The notes: generated by a model from the sequence alone, not told the origin. 35,879 nucleotides of DNA from a virus (IMGVR_UViG_3300048858_000140:1-35879), one strand, 5' to 3'. Positions 8,575 to 19,148 are shown, counted from the stretch's first letter. Numbers and translations: made by a program.

Positions 8575-9084
8575 TTACAGCAGCAACGCGTTGCGGATGC
8601 CCTGGCGCTGCGAGACGCCTCCGACCTTGATGTCGAAGTCATCGATCTCGTAGATTGGATCGCCATCGATCTCGAGCTTGTAGTAGTTGACGCTGACCGT
8701 GTAGTCGTTCTCGGCCTGGTCGCCGCCCTTCCATGTGCCGGCATCAGCCTGCTTCAGGAAGCCACGAAGGGTCATGACGGCGGAATGCTCCGAGCCATCC
8801 TCGTCGACGAGGGCGCCAGTGATCATGAACGGGTTTTCGGTCCCCGGTGCGAGGCCGAAAAGCTTCAGCGTCTGCGGGTCAAGCCCGGGCATCTTGAAGC
8901 TGAATTCCAGCTTCTCGTAGCCCATGTGGACTTCGCGCGGCTTGATCATGCCGGCGTTGCGCATTTCCTCGACCTTGGCGGCCGGGACCGGGGGCGTGAT
9001 GTCCCCGATCTGGCCAATCTTGAGCGTGCGGTCAGCCCATAGCATGCAGTCTCGCAGCAGGAAGCTGGGAAGGTTATTCGCCAT
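8575..9084 (-). CDS. Major tail tube protein (P2 FII-like)
   Basis: EEMRNAGM, MGYEKLEFSF, YYKLEIDG...EID motifs; 169 aa. Confidence 0.95.
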   Translation of the reverse strand: MANNLPSFLLRDCMLWADRTLKIGQIGDITPPVPAAKVEEMRNAGMIKPREVHMGYEKLEFSFKMPGLDPQTLKLFGLAPGTENPFMITGALVDEDGSEHSAVMTLRGFLKQADAGTWKGGDQAENDYTVSVNYYKLEIDGDPIYEIDDFDIKVGGVSQRQGIRNALLL

Positions 9085-9098
9085 AATTCAGGATTCCT

Positions 9099-10757
9099 TT
9101 AGGCTGCCAGCGTCAGCGGGCCGTTGTCGATCGCGCCGCGAACCTCGTCCAACAGAAGCTGGTAATACAAGATGTTGCGGTGGGTCGTAATCTTGATCTG
9201 TTCCATGATGCCGACAGGCTCGAACTCGACATTCAGGAAAATCTGGCCGTTGGCATTGGTGGTGGGCGCATTCTGATCGCCGAGCCATACACGTCCGCCG
9301 AGGATGTCATCGTTGGCGGCGAACACTCGCAATGCGGCGTTGCCATCTTCAATCATCATCTTCAGGTTGCCGAGCGTCAACTTCTTGTCGACCCACTGGA
9401 AGTAGATGTCTTCCAGTGCCTCATTGATCATGTCGGCCGTTGCCCTGACGGAATCGAACTGCCAGATGGCTACGTCGGTCGCCAGGCGCGAACCCCATGT
9501 GCGAAGGCCGCCACGCTCATTGATAACAGTCGAGACCTGGTTTTCGTTCAGGTAGTTGCTGTCAGCAGGATAGGCGATGGTGCGGGCAACGCCGTCGAGC
9601 GTCCGGATGATCTTGTTGGAGACCGAGCCGGATACGCCTTCAGCCGAGGCCACGACGCGAGCGCGGACGCCGGCAAAGACCGGGGCGATAGGAACGGTTA
9701 CCGGAGTGCCGGCGACGTTCTTGATGCCCTTCGGGTCGATAACCAGGATGCGTCCGCCGTTGACCGTGTTGCGGAAGCGGATTGCCTCTGCGTTGGTCGT
9801 GTTCGGGCCGCTGATGTAGGCGCGTGCGCGGATCTGCGGGCATACGACATTGAGTGCAGAGATGAACGGGCTGGCCGCATCGCCGATATTGGCAACAGCC
9901 GCACCGCCAGAACCGCCGCCACCGGAGAAGGAAACCGTAGGAGCAGCGCCGTAACTGTCGCCGGGCTCGGAGACCGTCACGCCTGTGATGGGGCCGCCAA
10001 GCACAGCCGTCAGGATTGCACCAGAACCGCCACCGCCGGAAACGGTGACCGCAGGTGCGGTGACGTAGCCGCTGCCCTTGTTGTTCATCGTGATGGCGGT
10101 AATCAGTCCACCTGAGACGGTAGCCGTCGCGGTTGCCTGTACACCACCAGCCGGAGGCGCTGCGATTGCAATCGTCGGTGCGGTTGCATAGTCGGCGCCC
10201 GCGTTGGTGATTGCGATCGACGACACCTTATGCTTGTTGATGGCGGCAGTCGCGGCAGCATCGCCGGAACCGGAGAACGTGACGGATGGAACAGACGTGT
10301 AGTCCGCCCCGCCGTTCGTGACCGTTACCGAGATGACACCGTCTTCGATGTAAGCGCCAGTGTCGCCGGCGGTCACGATGACGCGCGGCTGAACACCAAG
10401 CAGTGACTTAGCCTTCAGTGCGGCGTAAAGACCGGTGCGCGCGGCTGCGTCACCAATGAGGTTGGCCTGCGTCACGTCCGCATCTTCGTCATCCTCGACG
10501 CGGTTGACGATAACGGCCGAGCCGCCCTCGCCGAACACCGTCGCGATGTCAGCAAGCAGCGTGCCATCTTCACCAAGCAAACTGGCCTGCGCCATGCTGG
10601 TGACGTAGGTCGGAGTGTTGAGCGGAAATGCAGCAGCATCGGCGTCTGGCGCCGTGCCGTTGATGAAGGTCAGGCCGAAGTTGCTGATACGCAGCAAGGA
10701 AGGCGAGTCCGCGCTTTCATTAAGCTGGACGCCATGGAAGTACGATAGGTCAGCCAA
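9099..10757 (-). CDS. Tail sheath protein (P2 FI-like) with a repeat insertion
   Basis: YFHGV, FPLNTP, TGLYA, YLNENQVST, LRTWGSR motifs; TTG start after AAGGAGG. Confidence 0.95.
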   Translation of the reverse strand: MADLSYFHGVQLNESADSPSLLRISNFGLTFINGTAPDADAAAFPLNTPTYVTSMAQASLLGEDGTLLADIATVFGEGGSAVIVNRVEDDEDADVTQANLIGDAAARTGLYAALKAKSLLGVQPRVIVTAGDTGAYIEDGVISVTVTNGGADYTSVPSVTFSGSGDAAATAAINKHKVSSIAITNAGADYATAPTIAIAAPPAGGVQATATATVSGGLITAITMNNKGSGYVTAPAVTVSGGGGSGAILTAVLGGPITGVTVSEPGDSYGAAPTVSFSGGGGSGGAAVANIGDAASPFISALNVVCPQIRARAYISGPNTTNAEAIRFRNTVNGGRILVIDPKGIKNVAGTPVTVPIAPVFAGVRARVVASAEGVSGSVSNKIIRTLDGVARTIAYPADSNYLNENQVSTVINERGGLRTWGSRLATDVAIWQFDSVRATADMINEALEDIYFQWVDKKLTLGNLKMMIEDGNAALRVFAANDDILGGRVWLGDQNAPTTNANGQIFLNVEFEPVGIMEQIKITTHRNILYYQLLLDEVRGAIDNGPLTLAA

Positions 10758-10872
10758 TGCGGCCTCCTTCTTGTGTGGTGAGGTGGTGGGTGTTGCCGTG
10801 GTGGGGCGGTGGTCTGTGGCGGCGACAGGGATAGTGAAGCCTCCGACGCCGAGGTGCCGGGCTTTTTGTTGG

Positions 10873-11982
10873 TCAATAACCAACCCAAACGTGAACCTCG
10901 CCGGTCAACGTGGGCGTGCCGGCTGTGGTGAGAAACTGGAGTCGGGTAAGCTCTTGGCTAAGCGTCACCTTATTCGAAACGGTGACTGCGCCCGTCCCCG
11001 TTTTTGTTTGCGCCTTGGCAAACCAATCACACCCGCCGCCGCCATTGTCGACTTCACGATAAAGGTCGATGACTCCGATATATGGACCCACAAGCGTGGC
11101 CGTGCGGGTTAAGAAAACACCCGTGGTGTAAATCGTCATTCCGGCGGTGCTGGCCGCGATCACGCCGGTGACGCAGTCATAGCCGGTGCTTACTATAGTA
11201 ACGCCGGTTCCGAGCCTCATAAAGAGTTCAGCGGCCGCGCTAGTTGTGATTTCAAAAAGCACCCTGACGTGGTTGACCCTTTCAGGGATAATATCCAGGG
11301 TTTGTAAAGTTGCGCCTGTGAGCGTGGTTGTCCCCAAAAATTCCATTTCCTTGCCGGCTGAAAAAGCTCGGTTTGGCCAGGTAACGACCCGATCCGCCGT
11401 CAGGGATTCCGTATTGAATGTCAGCGCGCGCGGAGTGCCAGCCGCGTTGAACAGTTTGAAGGAAGAGGATGCAAACTGCGCGTTAGCAATCGTCCGCGCT
11501 GTCTTGAAAATGCTGCTGATCAGCCCTGCCAACGTCCCACGCTTTTGCGTGGTGGCGGTGACGTATGCCAGTTCATCAGCATCGTCGAAGGCGTTGTCGC
11601 TTGTACCAGAAGACAGCAGGGCTGCCTTATCAGCCAAAGCGGCAGTCGTAGCCGCAAAAGAAGCAGTCGTAGCCGCAGCATCTGCCTTGAGGGCAATGGC
11701 CGCCTCCAACAGGACGATTAGGTCGGCCAAGGCGGCGCTGACGAAGGCGGTATTGGCTATCTTGTTGCTGCCATCGCCAGGCGTAGCCGTTGGCGCTGTC
11801 GGCGTCCCCGTGAATGCAGGGGAAACCAGCCCGGCCTTGACAACGATCTGTGCGAAGGCGTCGGACACATCCGTGTCAATGTCGCGTAGGGCGGCGATAA
11901 TCCGCCCTACGTCAGTTGCCAGATCATTTCCAACAAAGGGCTCCGGATACGCCCGGTTTGGCGTGGTGTTCAACGTCGGCAT
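10873..11982 (-). CDS. Tail fibre / receptor-binding protein
   Basis: KAGLVSPAFTGTPTAPTA...IANTAFV tail-fibre motif; beta-rich C-terminus; ATG 11982 after AAGGGA. Confidence 0.8.
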   Translation of the reverse strand: MPTLNTTPNRAYPEPFVGNDLATDVGRIIAALRDIDTDVSDAFAQIVVKAGLVSPAFTGTPTAPTATPGDGSNKIANTAFVSAALADLIVLLEAAIALKADAAATTASFAATTAALADKAALLSSGTSDNAFDDADELAYVTATTQKRGTLAGLISSIFKTARTIANAQFASSSFKLFNAAGTPRALTFNTESLTADRVVTWPNRAFSAGKEMEFLGTTTLTGATLQTLDIIPERVNHVRVLFEITTSAAAELFMRLGTGVTIVSTGYDCVTGVIAASTAGMTIYTTGVFLTRTATLVGPYIGVIDLYREVDNGGGGCDWFAKAQTKTGTGAVTVSNKVTLSQELTRLQFLTTAGTPTLTGEVHVWVGY

Positions 11983-11998
11983 ATCAATTCCCTTGAAG

Positions 11999-14900
11999 TT
12001 AGACCGTGAAGGCCCGCAGATCAGCAACGCTTGGTCGCGCCGCCGGCGTGCCGGTCAACGTCAGCTTGATGCGGCCACCCAAGGGCGCCGCCACACTCGT
12101 GTCGCTGTAGGTCCGCTCGATGAAGCCGAGGTCGATCGGCGCAGCCAAAGTCTGACTGACCGCCCCCCACACGTCGTTCAGCGCATCCGTCTGCACGGTC
12201 AGCGAAGAGCCAACAGGAAGTTTGGTGGATGCAATAACGTCGAGCCGCACATCTGCGCCGAAGGTGAAGCCGCGGCTGACGTAAACGCCCTCATCCTGCA
12301 TCGTGCCGAGTACCAGCAGGATATCGCGACCGACAACGGGCGATACCGTTGCGGCTCCCGTAAGGATGGCCCGAACAGTCAGGTTGCCCGTGAAGAACGA
12401 TGTGCGCTCCCATACCTGGTCGGGAAGGACACGAACCGGGGGCTCGCCTCCAAAGACCAGTTCGAAGACAACCGAAGTCGCCTCCGTCGGAAGAAACACA
12501 TCGGCGCGCACGAGGAGGTCAGAGACGTCTGTTACGGCGTAGGTGCCTAGGGCGACTGTCAGCGTTGTTGGAGCAAACGCTGCGCAGTTCAGACGGAACG
12601 TGATGTCCGAATCCTGGTGGACCGTCCAACTAACCGCGTTACTCGAGCTAAACCGCGTGCCGACAGTGTACGGCTGCGCCGCAATCCACTGCTGGTTCAG
12701 CGCGTCGAACGCGCCACGATCCGCAACGGATATGCTGTGGTCCGGGTCATTCGTCTTGACGACAAATGCAAACATCTGCCCGGCAGGAAGGAAGAACGGT
12801 ACGGGGAATGGGAACTTCGTCCACGTGCCAGTCAGGACCGACTGCATGTCGATTTCGGTCTGCGCAATGATTTCCGTGGTCGGAAATCCGTTGTCGACCG
12901 TCACGAACTCTATGATTACAGGCTCGTCGCGATTGCCAATGGCGCAGAATTTGATTTCGACGCTACTGACGTGGCGCCCTTCCGTGAGCACGAAGGACTG
13001 CGCTTGCGGGTCGGTGCTGCCACCAACTCCGTCGGTCGTGCCGCCGCCCGTGTCTACCCAGTTATTCCGCTCAGGCGGAACGCTCTGGAACCGCTGGACG
13101 GTCGTGACCTGCTGAAGCTCTATCCGCTCCATCCGGCCTTCACCGGTAAAGCGCGCCGAGCAACGGGTGCCCGATCCGCCGACCGCCACGACAGCCTTCG
13201 CACCAGACGTCACATTCTCCGGAATGGAGAACGTGCCGGACACCACGCCATTAATGTCGGCTACAAGGCTACCCGGGTTGACGTCGATACCGTCAAACGT
13301 CAGTTCGTCCAGCGTTTCGCCGGAGCCAAACTGCCTGATTGTGAAGGCCACCGAAATCTGGCGCAGGAAGCGCAGCGGTGCGGTTCTGGTATTGCTCAAG
13401 ACCTGCGTGTTGGTGACACGCTCTGAGTTGCCGGAACCGAAGATTTGGGTCTGAGCCGAAAGCCAAACGGTCTCCTGCTCAGTCCAGAAATCCTGCGCCG
13501 GAACGATCTGAAGAACGGCAGGAAGCGGCGCGAACGACATGTAAGGATTGATTTTGACGCAGCCGGAAACAAGCTCCTGACCAATGGTCAAGACGTCCGT
13601 GTAAGGTAGCGTCAGCGTCGCTCCGGCGTCGATCTCCTGAAACGTCGGGACAATCGGAATCTGGAACGAGCCATTGAAGACTGCCCCATTTTGCGCTTCA
13701 CCCGCGTCGCGGAAGTCGTCGTTCAGCAACGGATCGCTGAAAATGCCGGTGCGGCCGGCGGGCGCCCGCGCATTGATGTCGACGGTCTGTTTCTGCAGAG
13801 AGACCTGGTTGAACAGGTCAAGCACGTTGTTGTAGAGCCGGTCGATCTTCTCGAACGAGTAGGCGCGAATCCCGTCATTGGTGACAGTCGGCGTGCCGAA
13901 CCAGTCGTTATTGATCGTAGCCAGCGACAGAAGCGTCTTCGGCACCTGTGGCGGCTGCGGCTGTGATGGAGCGGATAGCCCCTTCAGGTAAACCACGTTG
14001 CCGTCGCGGTCGAGGCAGAGCCTGTCGGCACGCGGCAGCTTGTTGGTGTAGCCAAGCAGCACGGTCGTGCCCGTAACGCCACCCGTCAGTGAGACAGTGG
14101 CGTCAGTGATCGCCGCTGGCGTCACTGCGTCCAGATAGCGGTAGGTGACGTCATAGGTCGATGAGGTGGCCGGCTCTGCACCGGCAGGCGCCCAACTCAC
14201 GGAGTCGCCATTACGGACGTAGTCGGTCGTGGCGACGTAGGTGGTTGCTCCCTGCACGACAGAGATGATGGCCGTGACCGAGTCGTCAGGCAAAGCGTCA
14301 AGGCTGTTCGTCACACCCTTGGTTAGCGTGACCGTCCGCTGTTTTGTGACAATGGCCGAAACGATTGAAGAGATTGGCGCCCGGCGAACGGTGATAACCG
14401 CCGTGCCCGTGCCGCCATCTTCAAAGGTGTGCGGCTCAGCGTCGACCGTGCCAGTGTCCGGTGCTTCCGTTTCGGAATAACGCGAGGACGTCGGGCGGTT
14501 GCGCTTGAAGCCCATGATGTTGGCAGTGCCCTCTCCGATGGAGAAGACCTGCTTGCCGCTATCCAGACCAAGCGCCGAAACGATGCAGCCGCGAACGACG
14601 TAGTTTTCGTGCGCGTCGTAGTCGTAGATGGCAATCTGCTGCTGGACGCCAGAAAGGGTCGGTGGCGCGTCCTGCGAAATGATGACGCCGTCTCGCAACG
14701 TGACGTACTGGTAGAAGTCGCCCTCACCTGCATCCGTGTCGAATGCCCACGCATACGTGACGACAGTGCGAACGCCACCGGGCTCGCCGTAGCTTTCTTC
14801 TGCGGCCTCGACCAAGCCATGGTAGATGGCGTCATCTTCTGCGGTCACAATGGTCGTGGCCGAGCGAACGCCAATCTTCACGACGCCTGTCATAGGAACG

Positions 14901-15214
14901 CTGGCCAAGACGGACTCGGCAACCAGTCGGCGCGCACCGTCGATATAAAGTTCGCCGGCAGTGACGGTAACCGTCTCCGCATCAACATCGACGATCACGT
15001 CAGCGCCTTCAATACGATCGCCGTCGCTGGCGATAAGGTTTGCGATCCCCTTACGCTTGGCGGATTCGATGGAGAAGGCTTCGTTCAGGTCGGCGCCTTG
15101 CGAAAGGTCGCCTTCACCGAAGTAAACGCGGTCATTGTTCGGGCGGTCGGCAAAACGGTCGCGAACGTGCGCGAGCTCCGGATTCGCATCCGGATCAAAA
15201 ACGTAGGTGCTCAT
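11999..15214 (-). CDS. Large baseplate/tail protein, DUF4815-like
   Basis: 1071 aa; QGADLNE, DGDRIEGADV, GIFSDPLLNDDFRDAG, DPQAQSF, SSNAVSWTVHQDSD motifs; follows the gpI-like gene. Confidence 0.85.
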   Translation of the reverse strand: MSTYVFDPDANPELAHVRDRFADRPNNDRVYFGEGDLSQGADLNEAFSIESAKRKGIANLIASDGDRIEGADVIVDVDAETVTVTAGELYIDGARRLVAESVLASVPMTGVVKIGVRSATTIVTAEDDAIYHGLVEAAEESYGEPGGVRTVVTYAWAFDTDAGEGDFYQYVTLRDGVIISQDAPPTLSGVQQQIAIYDYDAHENYVVRGCIVSALGLDSGKQVFSIGEGTANIMGFKRNRPTSSRYSETEAPDTGTVDAEPHTFEDGGTGTAVITVRRAPISSIVSAIVTKQRTVTLTKGVTNSLDALPDDSVTAIISVVQGATTYVATTDYVRNGDSVSWAPAGAEPATSSTYDVTYRYLDAVTPAAITDATVSLTGGVTGTTVLLGYTNKLPRADRLCLDRDGNVVYLKGLSAPSQPQPPQVPKTLLSLATINNDWFGTPTVTNDGIRAYSFEKIDRLYNNVLDLFNQVSLQKQTVDINARAPAGRTGIFSDPLLNDDFRDAGEAQNGAVFNGSFQIPIVPTFQEIDAGATLTLPYTDVLTIGQELVSGCVKINPYMSFAPLPAVLQIVPAQDFWTEQETVWLSAQTQIFGSGNSERVTNTQVLSNTRTAPLRFLRQISVAFTIRQFGSGETLDELTFDGIDVNPGSLVADINGVVSGTFSIPENVTSGAKAVVAVGGSGTRCSARFTGEGRMERIELQQVTTVQRFQSVPPERNNWVDTGGGTTDGVGGSTDPQAQSFVLTEGRHVSSVEIKFCAIGNRDEPVIIEFVTVDNGFPTTEIIAQTEIDMQSVLTGTWTKFPFPVPFFLPAGQMFAFVVKTNDPDHSISVADRGAFDALNQQWIAAQPYTVGTRFSSSNAVSWTVHQDSDITFRLNCAAFAPTTLTVALGTYAVTDVSDLLVRADVFLPTEATSVVFELVFGGEPPVRVLPDQVWERTSFFTGNLTVRAILTGAATVSPVVGRDILLVLGTMQDEGVYVSRGFTFGADVRLDVIASTKLPVGSSLTVQTDALNDVWGAVSQTLAAPIDLGFIERTYSDTSVAAPLGGRIKLTLTGTPAARPSVADLRAFTV

Positions 15215-15232
15215 ACGGCCCTCGATGTAAAT

Positions 15233-16318
15233 TTAGATGGTGAGGTTGATAACGACGCGCTCGCGTATCGTCCTCTGGAAGGAGAAAGCCACAGCGGTCG
15301 TGCCGACGTGGATGTCTCCGTCAGGGAAATCGATTTCAGCCGGGGATAACCAAGGTTTCGCTGGTTTGTTCGCCGTTGACTGGCCACCGAAAACGACCGC
15401 AACAGATGCGGCGTCGCCGGAAGTCGCACCAAATGCGATAGATGCCTCATAGACAAGCTCGACAGTGTCGGACACGTCTTCGTAGTCAGTGATGTCGCGC
15501 ACCTCGCGCAAGACCGCGGAGTAACCAATGGCGTCGCCGTCGGCGTCGAATACACCAATATAGGCCGTCTTCTGACGCATCAGCCATGACTTCAGAACCC
15601 TGGCATCTGTGACGCCTTCCCATGTGACGCCGGGTGCGGCCCATGTGATTGTCGGCAACCATGTCAGCGGATCGCCATCTGTATAAGAGACGGCAAGGTC
15701 AGCCGCTTTTCCGGCTTCGGCTGTGGCGTCAACGAGATGCGACCGCCCATGCGACCACTTCACCTTGCCGCCGGGCAGTCGGACGCCAGAGCTATCGCCC
15801 CACATCGAGCGTCCCCACCGGGACCGCCCATAAACGTGGCCGCGAACGTCGTAGCCGTGATAGCCACGCCAGAAGTAGGAGCGCGCCGGGTCAGACAGAC
15901 CAGCAAGATATTCGGCGCTCATCAGCCGATTGACTTCGTCGGCGCCGGGCAGTTCACCCATGCCGATCTGATATAGATGCCAGCGGCGCCTGCCGCGGAC
16001 TTGGTCTTCAATGAAGATTGAAGTGTAATCGAGCCAGCCAAGCGCGGTGGTGACGGCGGCGGGCGTGCCGCGTAGGCGTTGCCATGGCCTGCCTTCGTCG
16101 ATTGTATCCTCGATCGTGGCGAAGAATTGCGAAATAGGGCCGAGGCCGTATTCGTGGACAAGCCAAGGTGCGACCGTCACATTGAGCGGCCGAGCGTATT
16201 TGATGCCGTGGATCTCCTGAATTGCCGGCGAAACCTCGTCGGCAAAATCGGTTGCATGCTCCAAGGTGTACTCAAAGACCGTCGTGCTGGTTGACGGCAG
16301 AACGGTCGAGAATGTCAC
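15233..16318 (-). CDS. P2 gpI-like baseplate wedge protein
   Basis: VLPSTST, PWLVHEYGL, RLRGTPAAVTTALGWL, PARS motifs; follows gpJ. Confidence 0.85.
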   Translation of the reverse strand: MTFSTVLPSTSTTVFEYTLEHATDFADEVSPAIQEIHGIKYARPLNVTVAPWLVHEYGLGPISQFFATIEDTIDEGRPWQRLRGTPAAVTTALGWLDYTSIFIEDQVRGRRRWHLYQIGMGELPGADEVNRLMSAEYLAGLSDPARSYFWRGYHGYDVRGHVYGRSRWGRSMWGDSSGVRLPGGKVKWSHGRSHLVDATAEAGKAADLAVSYTDGDPLTWLPTITWAAPGVTWEGVTDARVLKSWLMRQKTAYIGVFDADGDAIGYSAVLREVRDITDYEDVSDTVELVYEASIAFGATSGDAASVAVVFGGQSTANKPAKPWLSPAEIDFPDGDIHVGTTAVAFSFQRTIRERVVINLTI

Positions 16319-17190
16319 CGCGATCTCCCCATGAAGGTCAGGCTTACCGTGCCCAGCGCCGCGGCGCTGAAGTTGTCCATAACCACGTCATTGGCTGGCG
16401 CCGTCAGGTTGACTTTCGAAACGCCGCCGGGGCTCAGCCTCGAGACCAGCCACGACCTGTTGACGTCGAATCCGATCCCGCCCTCGTCGGCCAACGCTGC
16501 GGCAAGGCCGGCGGACAGGCCCTCAAAAACAGCCATAGGCGCTTCCGGCAGAAGCCAGACTTCAGCGGCCACGTTCACCGTCGTCTTCACGGCCGGCACG
16601 ACTGTAACAATGTCGTTTATGGACCGAACGGCTGGATTATCTACCGCTGCCGTGATCTCGGCCAATAATTCGGTCGTTGGCGTCCCGCCGCCGCTCGTTG
16701 TCAGGACTGCGATCTCAAGTTCAGGACCGGTCCCAGTACGATAGACGGCCACGTCGCGAATGTCGGCATCAACCGAGCGGGCGTGGAATTCGTACCACTC
16801 TTCTGGACCAGCCGTAGACCTACCTTGGTCGGCAAGGACGATGCGCTCGCGAAGTGCCTTGTCGCTTTCGCCAGTCAGTCGCGTCACGCCGTGATCGGCC
16901 GCGACAGCGTCGAGGTCGGAACCCGTCGCATACCCCAGCAGGTTTGCCCTCGCGGCATCATTGATGCGGGCTCGTTCGCCAAGTTCCCGGTATGCGTTTG
17001 CCTGTACGACAATCATAACCGGGTCGGTTTGTAGCATCGCCACGTCATATTGCGGCAAATCCAGATCCGGATTGGCGGCCCGAACGGCCGTCCAGAGCGT
17101 CTGGAACGTCTGTTTCTGGCGCGTCACCAGAGCTTCGTAATCTAGATTCTGAATGACCTGCGGAGTCGGCAGCGTTGATAGGTCAACCAA
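16315..17190 (-). CDS. Baseplate J-like protein
   Basis: DLSTLPTPQVIQNLDYE, RINDAARANLLGYATGSDLD, STAGPEEWYEFHA; TTG start after GGAGG. Confidence 0.95.
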   Translation of the reverse strand: MVDLSTLPTPQVIQNLDYEALVTRQKQTFQTLWTAVRAANPDLDLPQYDVAMLQTDPVMIVVQANAYRELGERARINDAARANLLGYATGSDLDAVAADHGVTRLTGESDKALRERIVLADQGRSTAGPEEWYEFHARSVDADIRDVAVYRTGTGPELEIAVLTTSGGGTPTTELLAEITAAVDNPAVRSINDIVTVVPAVKTTVNVAAEVWLLPEAPMAVFEGLSAGLAAALADEGGIGFDVNRSWLVSRLSPGGVSKVNLTAPANDVVMDNFSAAALGTVSLTFMGRSR

Positions 17191-17222
17191 TGTCGGCCTC
17201 CATTATGGCGGCCAGCGGCCGG

Positions 17223-17597
17223 TTATATCGTGAAGGCCACCCGCGCCGTCTTGTCTTCAGCAACCGAATAGTCGCTGAGGTGTCCGCGCGGGAAATACGT
17301 GCCTTGGATGATCATTGCGATTCGCCCATCGGCGTCGACTGTGGTCACGCTTCCGCGCCGCATTCTGTAGCGCGGCTCCCACTTCTCAATGGCAGCGGCG
17401 ACGGCGGAATAGGCGGCGAGGATGTTCTGTCGGATCATCTTGGTGTCGACCAGATCCGGAAGACCGGAGCCGAAGTCACGGTGCATCACGCGCGAGCCAA
17501 TAGCGGTCTGAACAATCTTGCCGACGGACTGCTGTGTGTGTTCCCAGTCAGTCAGCGGTCTGCCGGTTACGGCGCTTATTCCTGCCGAGTCGGCCAT
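17223..17597 (-). CDS. Baseplate wedge / sheath initiator (P2 gpW, T4 gp25 family)
   Basis: HTQQSVGKIVQTAIGSRVMHRDFGS, AIEKWEPR. Confidence 0.95.
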   Translation of the reverse strand: MADSAGISAVTGRPLTDWEHTQQSVGKIVQTAIGSRVMHRDFGSGLPDLVDTKMIRQNILAAYSAVAAAIEKWEPRYRMRRGSVTTVDADGRIAMIIQGTYFPRGHLSDYSVAEDKTARVAFTI

Positions 17598-17772
17598 GTG
17601 GTTCGCCCTTCGTGACTATTGTCTTCTTTACTGGAGGCACCCACAGCGCCACGACGTTTCCGTGTGGCGGCGTTAGCTGGAAAGCTTGTGCGTCGGTCAA
17701 CTCAAACGGAGAACCGGCCACGCGCCACTGTCCTGCGACTTCGCAGCCAATCCGTGTCGTGTACTGTTTCAT
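17548..17772 (-). CDS. Small hypothetical phage protein
   Basis: ATG 17772 after AGGGA; fills the gap between gpV and gpW. Confidence 0.6.
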   Translation of the reverse strand: MKQYTTRIGCEVAGQWRVAGSPFELTDAQAFQLTPPHGNVVALWVPPVKKTIVTKGEPHGRLGRNKRRNRQTAD

Positions 17773-17782
17773 GATGGTTTCC

Positions 17783-18340
17783 CTATTCGGGTGGGCCGGT
17801 GTTTTGCGATCCGCGGACCACTTCGATGTGCTCATGGTCGGACCCGATGTTCTTGGCGTTGTGCGTGAGGACAGGGCCTTCAATCACGACGGATCCTTCG
17901 ATCTCGACGTCGCCAACAAACTTGATGTCGGCCGCCGTGATTGTCACCGTGCTGCCGCTGGCCGTGATAACGGTGTCGCCAATCTTGATGTGGAACGGGC
18001 TATCCGTGTTCTCGCGCTGGTTATCGTCGCTGTAGGTCGAGAAGTCGATTTGCGCGTCCGTCAGGTCGCCGCTTTCGGAAACTACATCGACCTGCTCGCC
18101 CTGGCTGTAGAGGACGTCGATCTTGACGCCGCCGGCAGCGATCTGCCTTGGCTTGATCCAGTCCGACAGGTAGGGCGTTTCGCCCTGCTCCGAAAGCTGA
18201 ACCTTGTAACGGCCGGCCTTGTCGCCCGTGCCGATCTCGGCAACCGTGCCCTTGCGCCGACGATTCCTGGCGCGCCGTTCTAGTTCAGCAATGCGGTACT
18301 TCGTGTCGAGCACAAACTCCCTGAAATCGCGAGGTATCAC
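17783..18340 (-). CDS. Baseplate spike (P2 gpV-like)
   Basis: OB-fold-like N-terminus ([19 protein letters not shown]), beta-helix, C-terminal HEH metal motif. Confidence 0.92.
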   Translation of the reverse strand: MIPRDFREFVLDTKYRIAELERRARNRRRKGTVAEIGTGDKAGRYKVQLSEQGETPYLSDWIKPRQIAAGGVKIDVLYSQGEQVDVVSESGDLTDAQIDFSTYSDDNQRENTDSPFHIKIGDTVITASGSTVTITAADIKFVGDVEIEGSVVIEGPVLTHNAKNIGSDHEHIEVVRGSQNTGPPE

Positions 18341-19119
18341 CCAACCACCTCCGCAGGAGCAACGACGATCTCAGCCACGGCGACATCGGCCTCCGCGCCC
18401 TCAACCGGCGTTATCTGCATATTGTCGCCTTCAGACCGCGCTATGCCGTAGCGCCGCAGCAGTGTCTGCCAATCGTATTCCGCGCCGGCCAACTGCGCCT
18501 GCATTAGCGCGGCCCATTCCGTCAACTCCGGAACGGTCTCAGCTTTTGCAAAGAAAAGCGCCAGAGGCGTATTGTCGCCCAAAGTAGAGCCACGCACTGG
18601 ATCGGGGAACAACGTGACGGTCAACTTTAGCTGCTGTGCGGCAAGCTTTGCTCCACCGCCTTCGTTACTCGTGCGCGCACGCTCCACTACTTCGTTGCCG
18701 AAGTGGAATCTGCGGAAAATCTCTGCCCACTCATTGGCGGGGTCTGTCAGCGCGTCACCAATCTGGCGCGCGACAATGTCCAGAAGGAATTCGAATGAGG
18801 CGTCGGTCGCCGGAATACCCGGATAGATGACGCTTTCGCCAGAGTTCGGGTCGGTCTCGACGTGCGCCGCCGTGACGCCCATCTCAAACAGGAATTCGGT
18901 CGAACCGTTCGCCACGAAACCCCGCAAGGAATTGTCTTGCGACTTCGCGGCGTCGGTGTAGACCGAGATGAATGGACGGTCCTCATCAGTCCTCAACGTG
19001 CCGTCGGCTGCGATATCAAGCGCGCCAATCTGGCTGTCGAGGACATTGTCGCCAACCAATGTCTTGCCCTTCAGGGCCTGCACCGCGGCAATGCGGGCTG
19101 CGATGCGGTTCAGGGACAT
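18337..19119 (-). CDS. Phage protein, possible tail terminator/completion protein
   Basis: 260 aa between head-tail joining gene and gpV; NVLDS...PFISVYTD; function inferred from position. Confidence 0.6.
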   Translation of the reverse strand: MSLNRIAARIAAVQALKGKTLVGDNVLDSQIGALDIAADGTLRTDEDRPFISVYTDAAKSQDNSLRGFVANGSTEFLFEMGVTAAHVETDPNSGESVIYPGIPATDASFEFLLDIVARQIGDALTDPANEWAEIFRRFHFGNEVVERARTSNEGGGAKLAAQQLKLTVTLFPDPVRGSTLGDNTPLALFFAKAETVPELTEWAALMQAQLAGAEYDWQTLLRRYGIARSEGDNMQITPVEGAEADVAVAEIVVAPAEVVG

Positions 19120-19148
19120 GGCTGGCCTCTTGTCGCCCGCAGTGGGCT

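Noticed and set aside
9303-9320. AANDD in the tail sheath as another tag mimic
   Set aside because: Imperfect match inside the folded conserved C-terminal domain, not a linker.
11186-12550. 454-aa plus-strand ORF
   Set aside because: Mirror frame of the tail fibre and DUF4815-like genes; low complexity, no motifs.
10873-15214. Diversity-generating retroelement or invertible fibre cassette
   Set aside because: No reverse transcriptase, invertase or template/variable repeat pair was seen.
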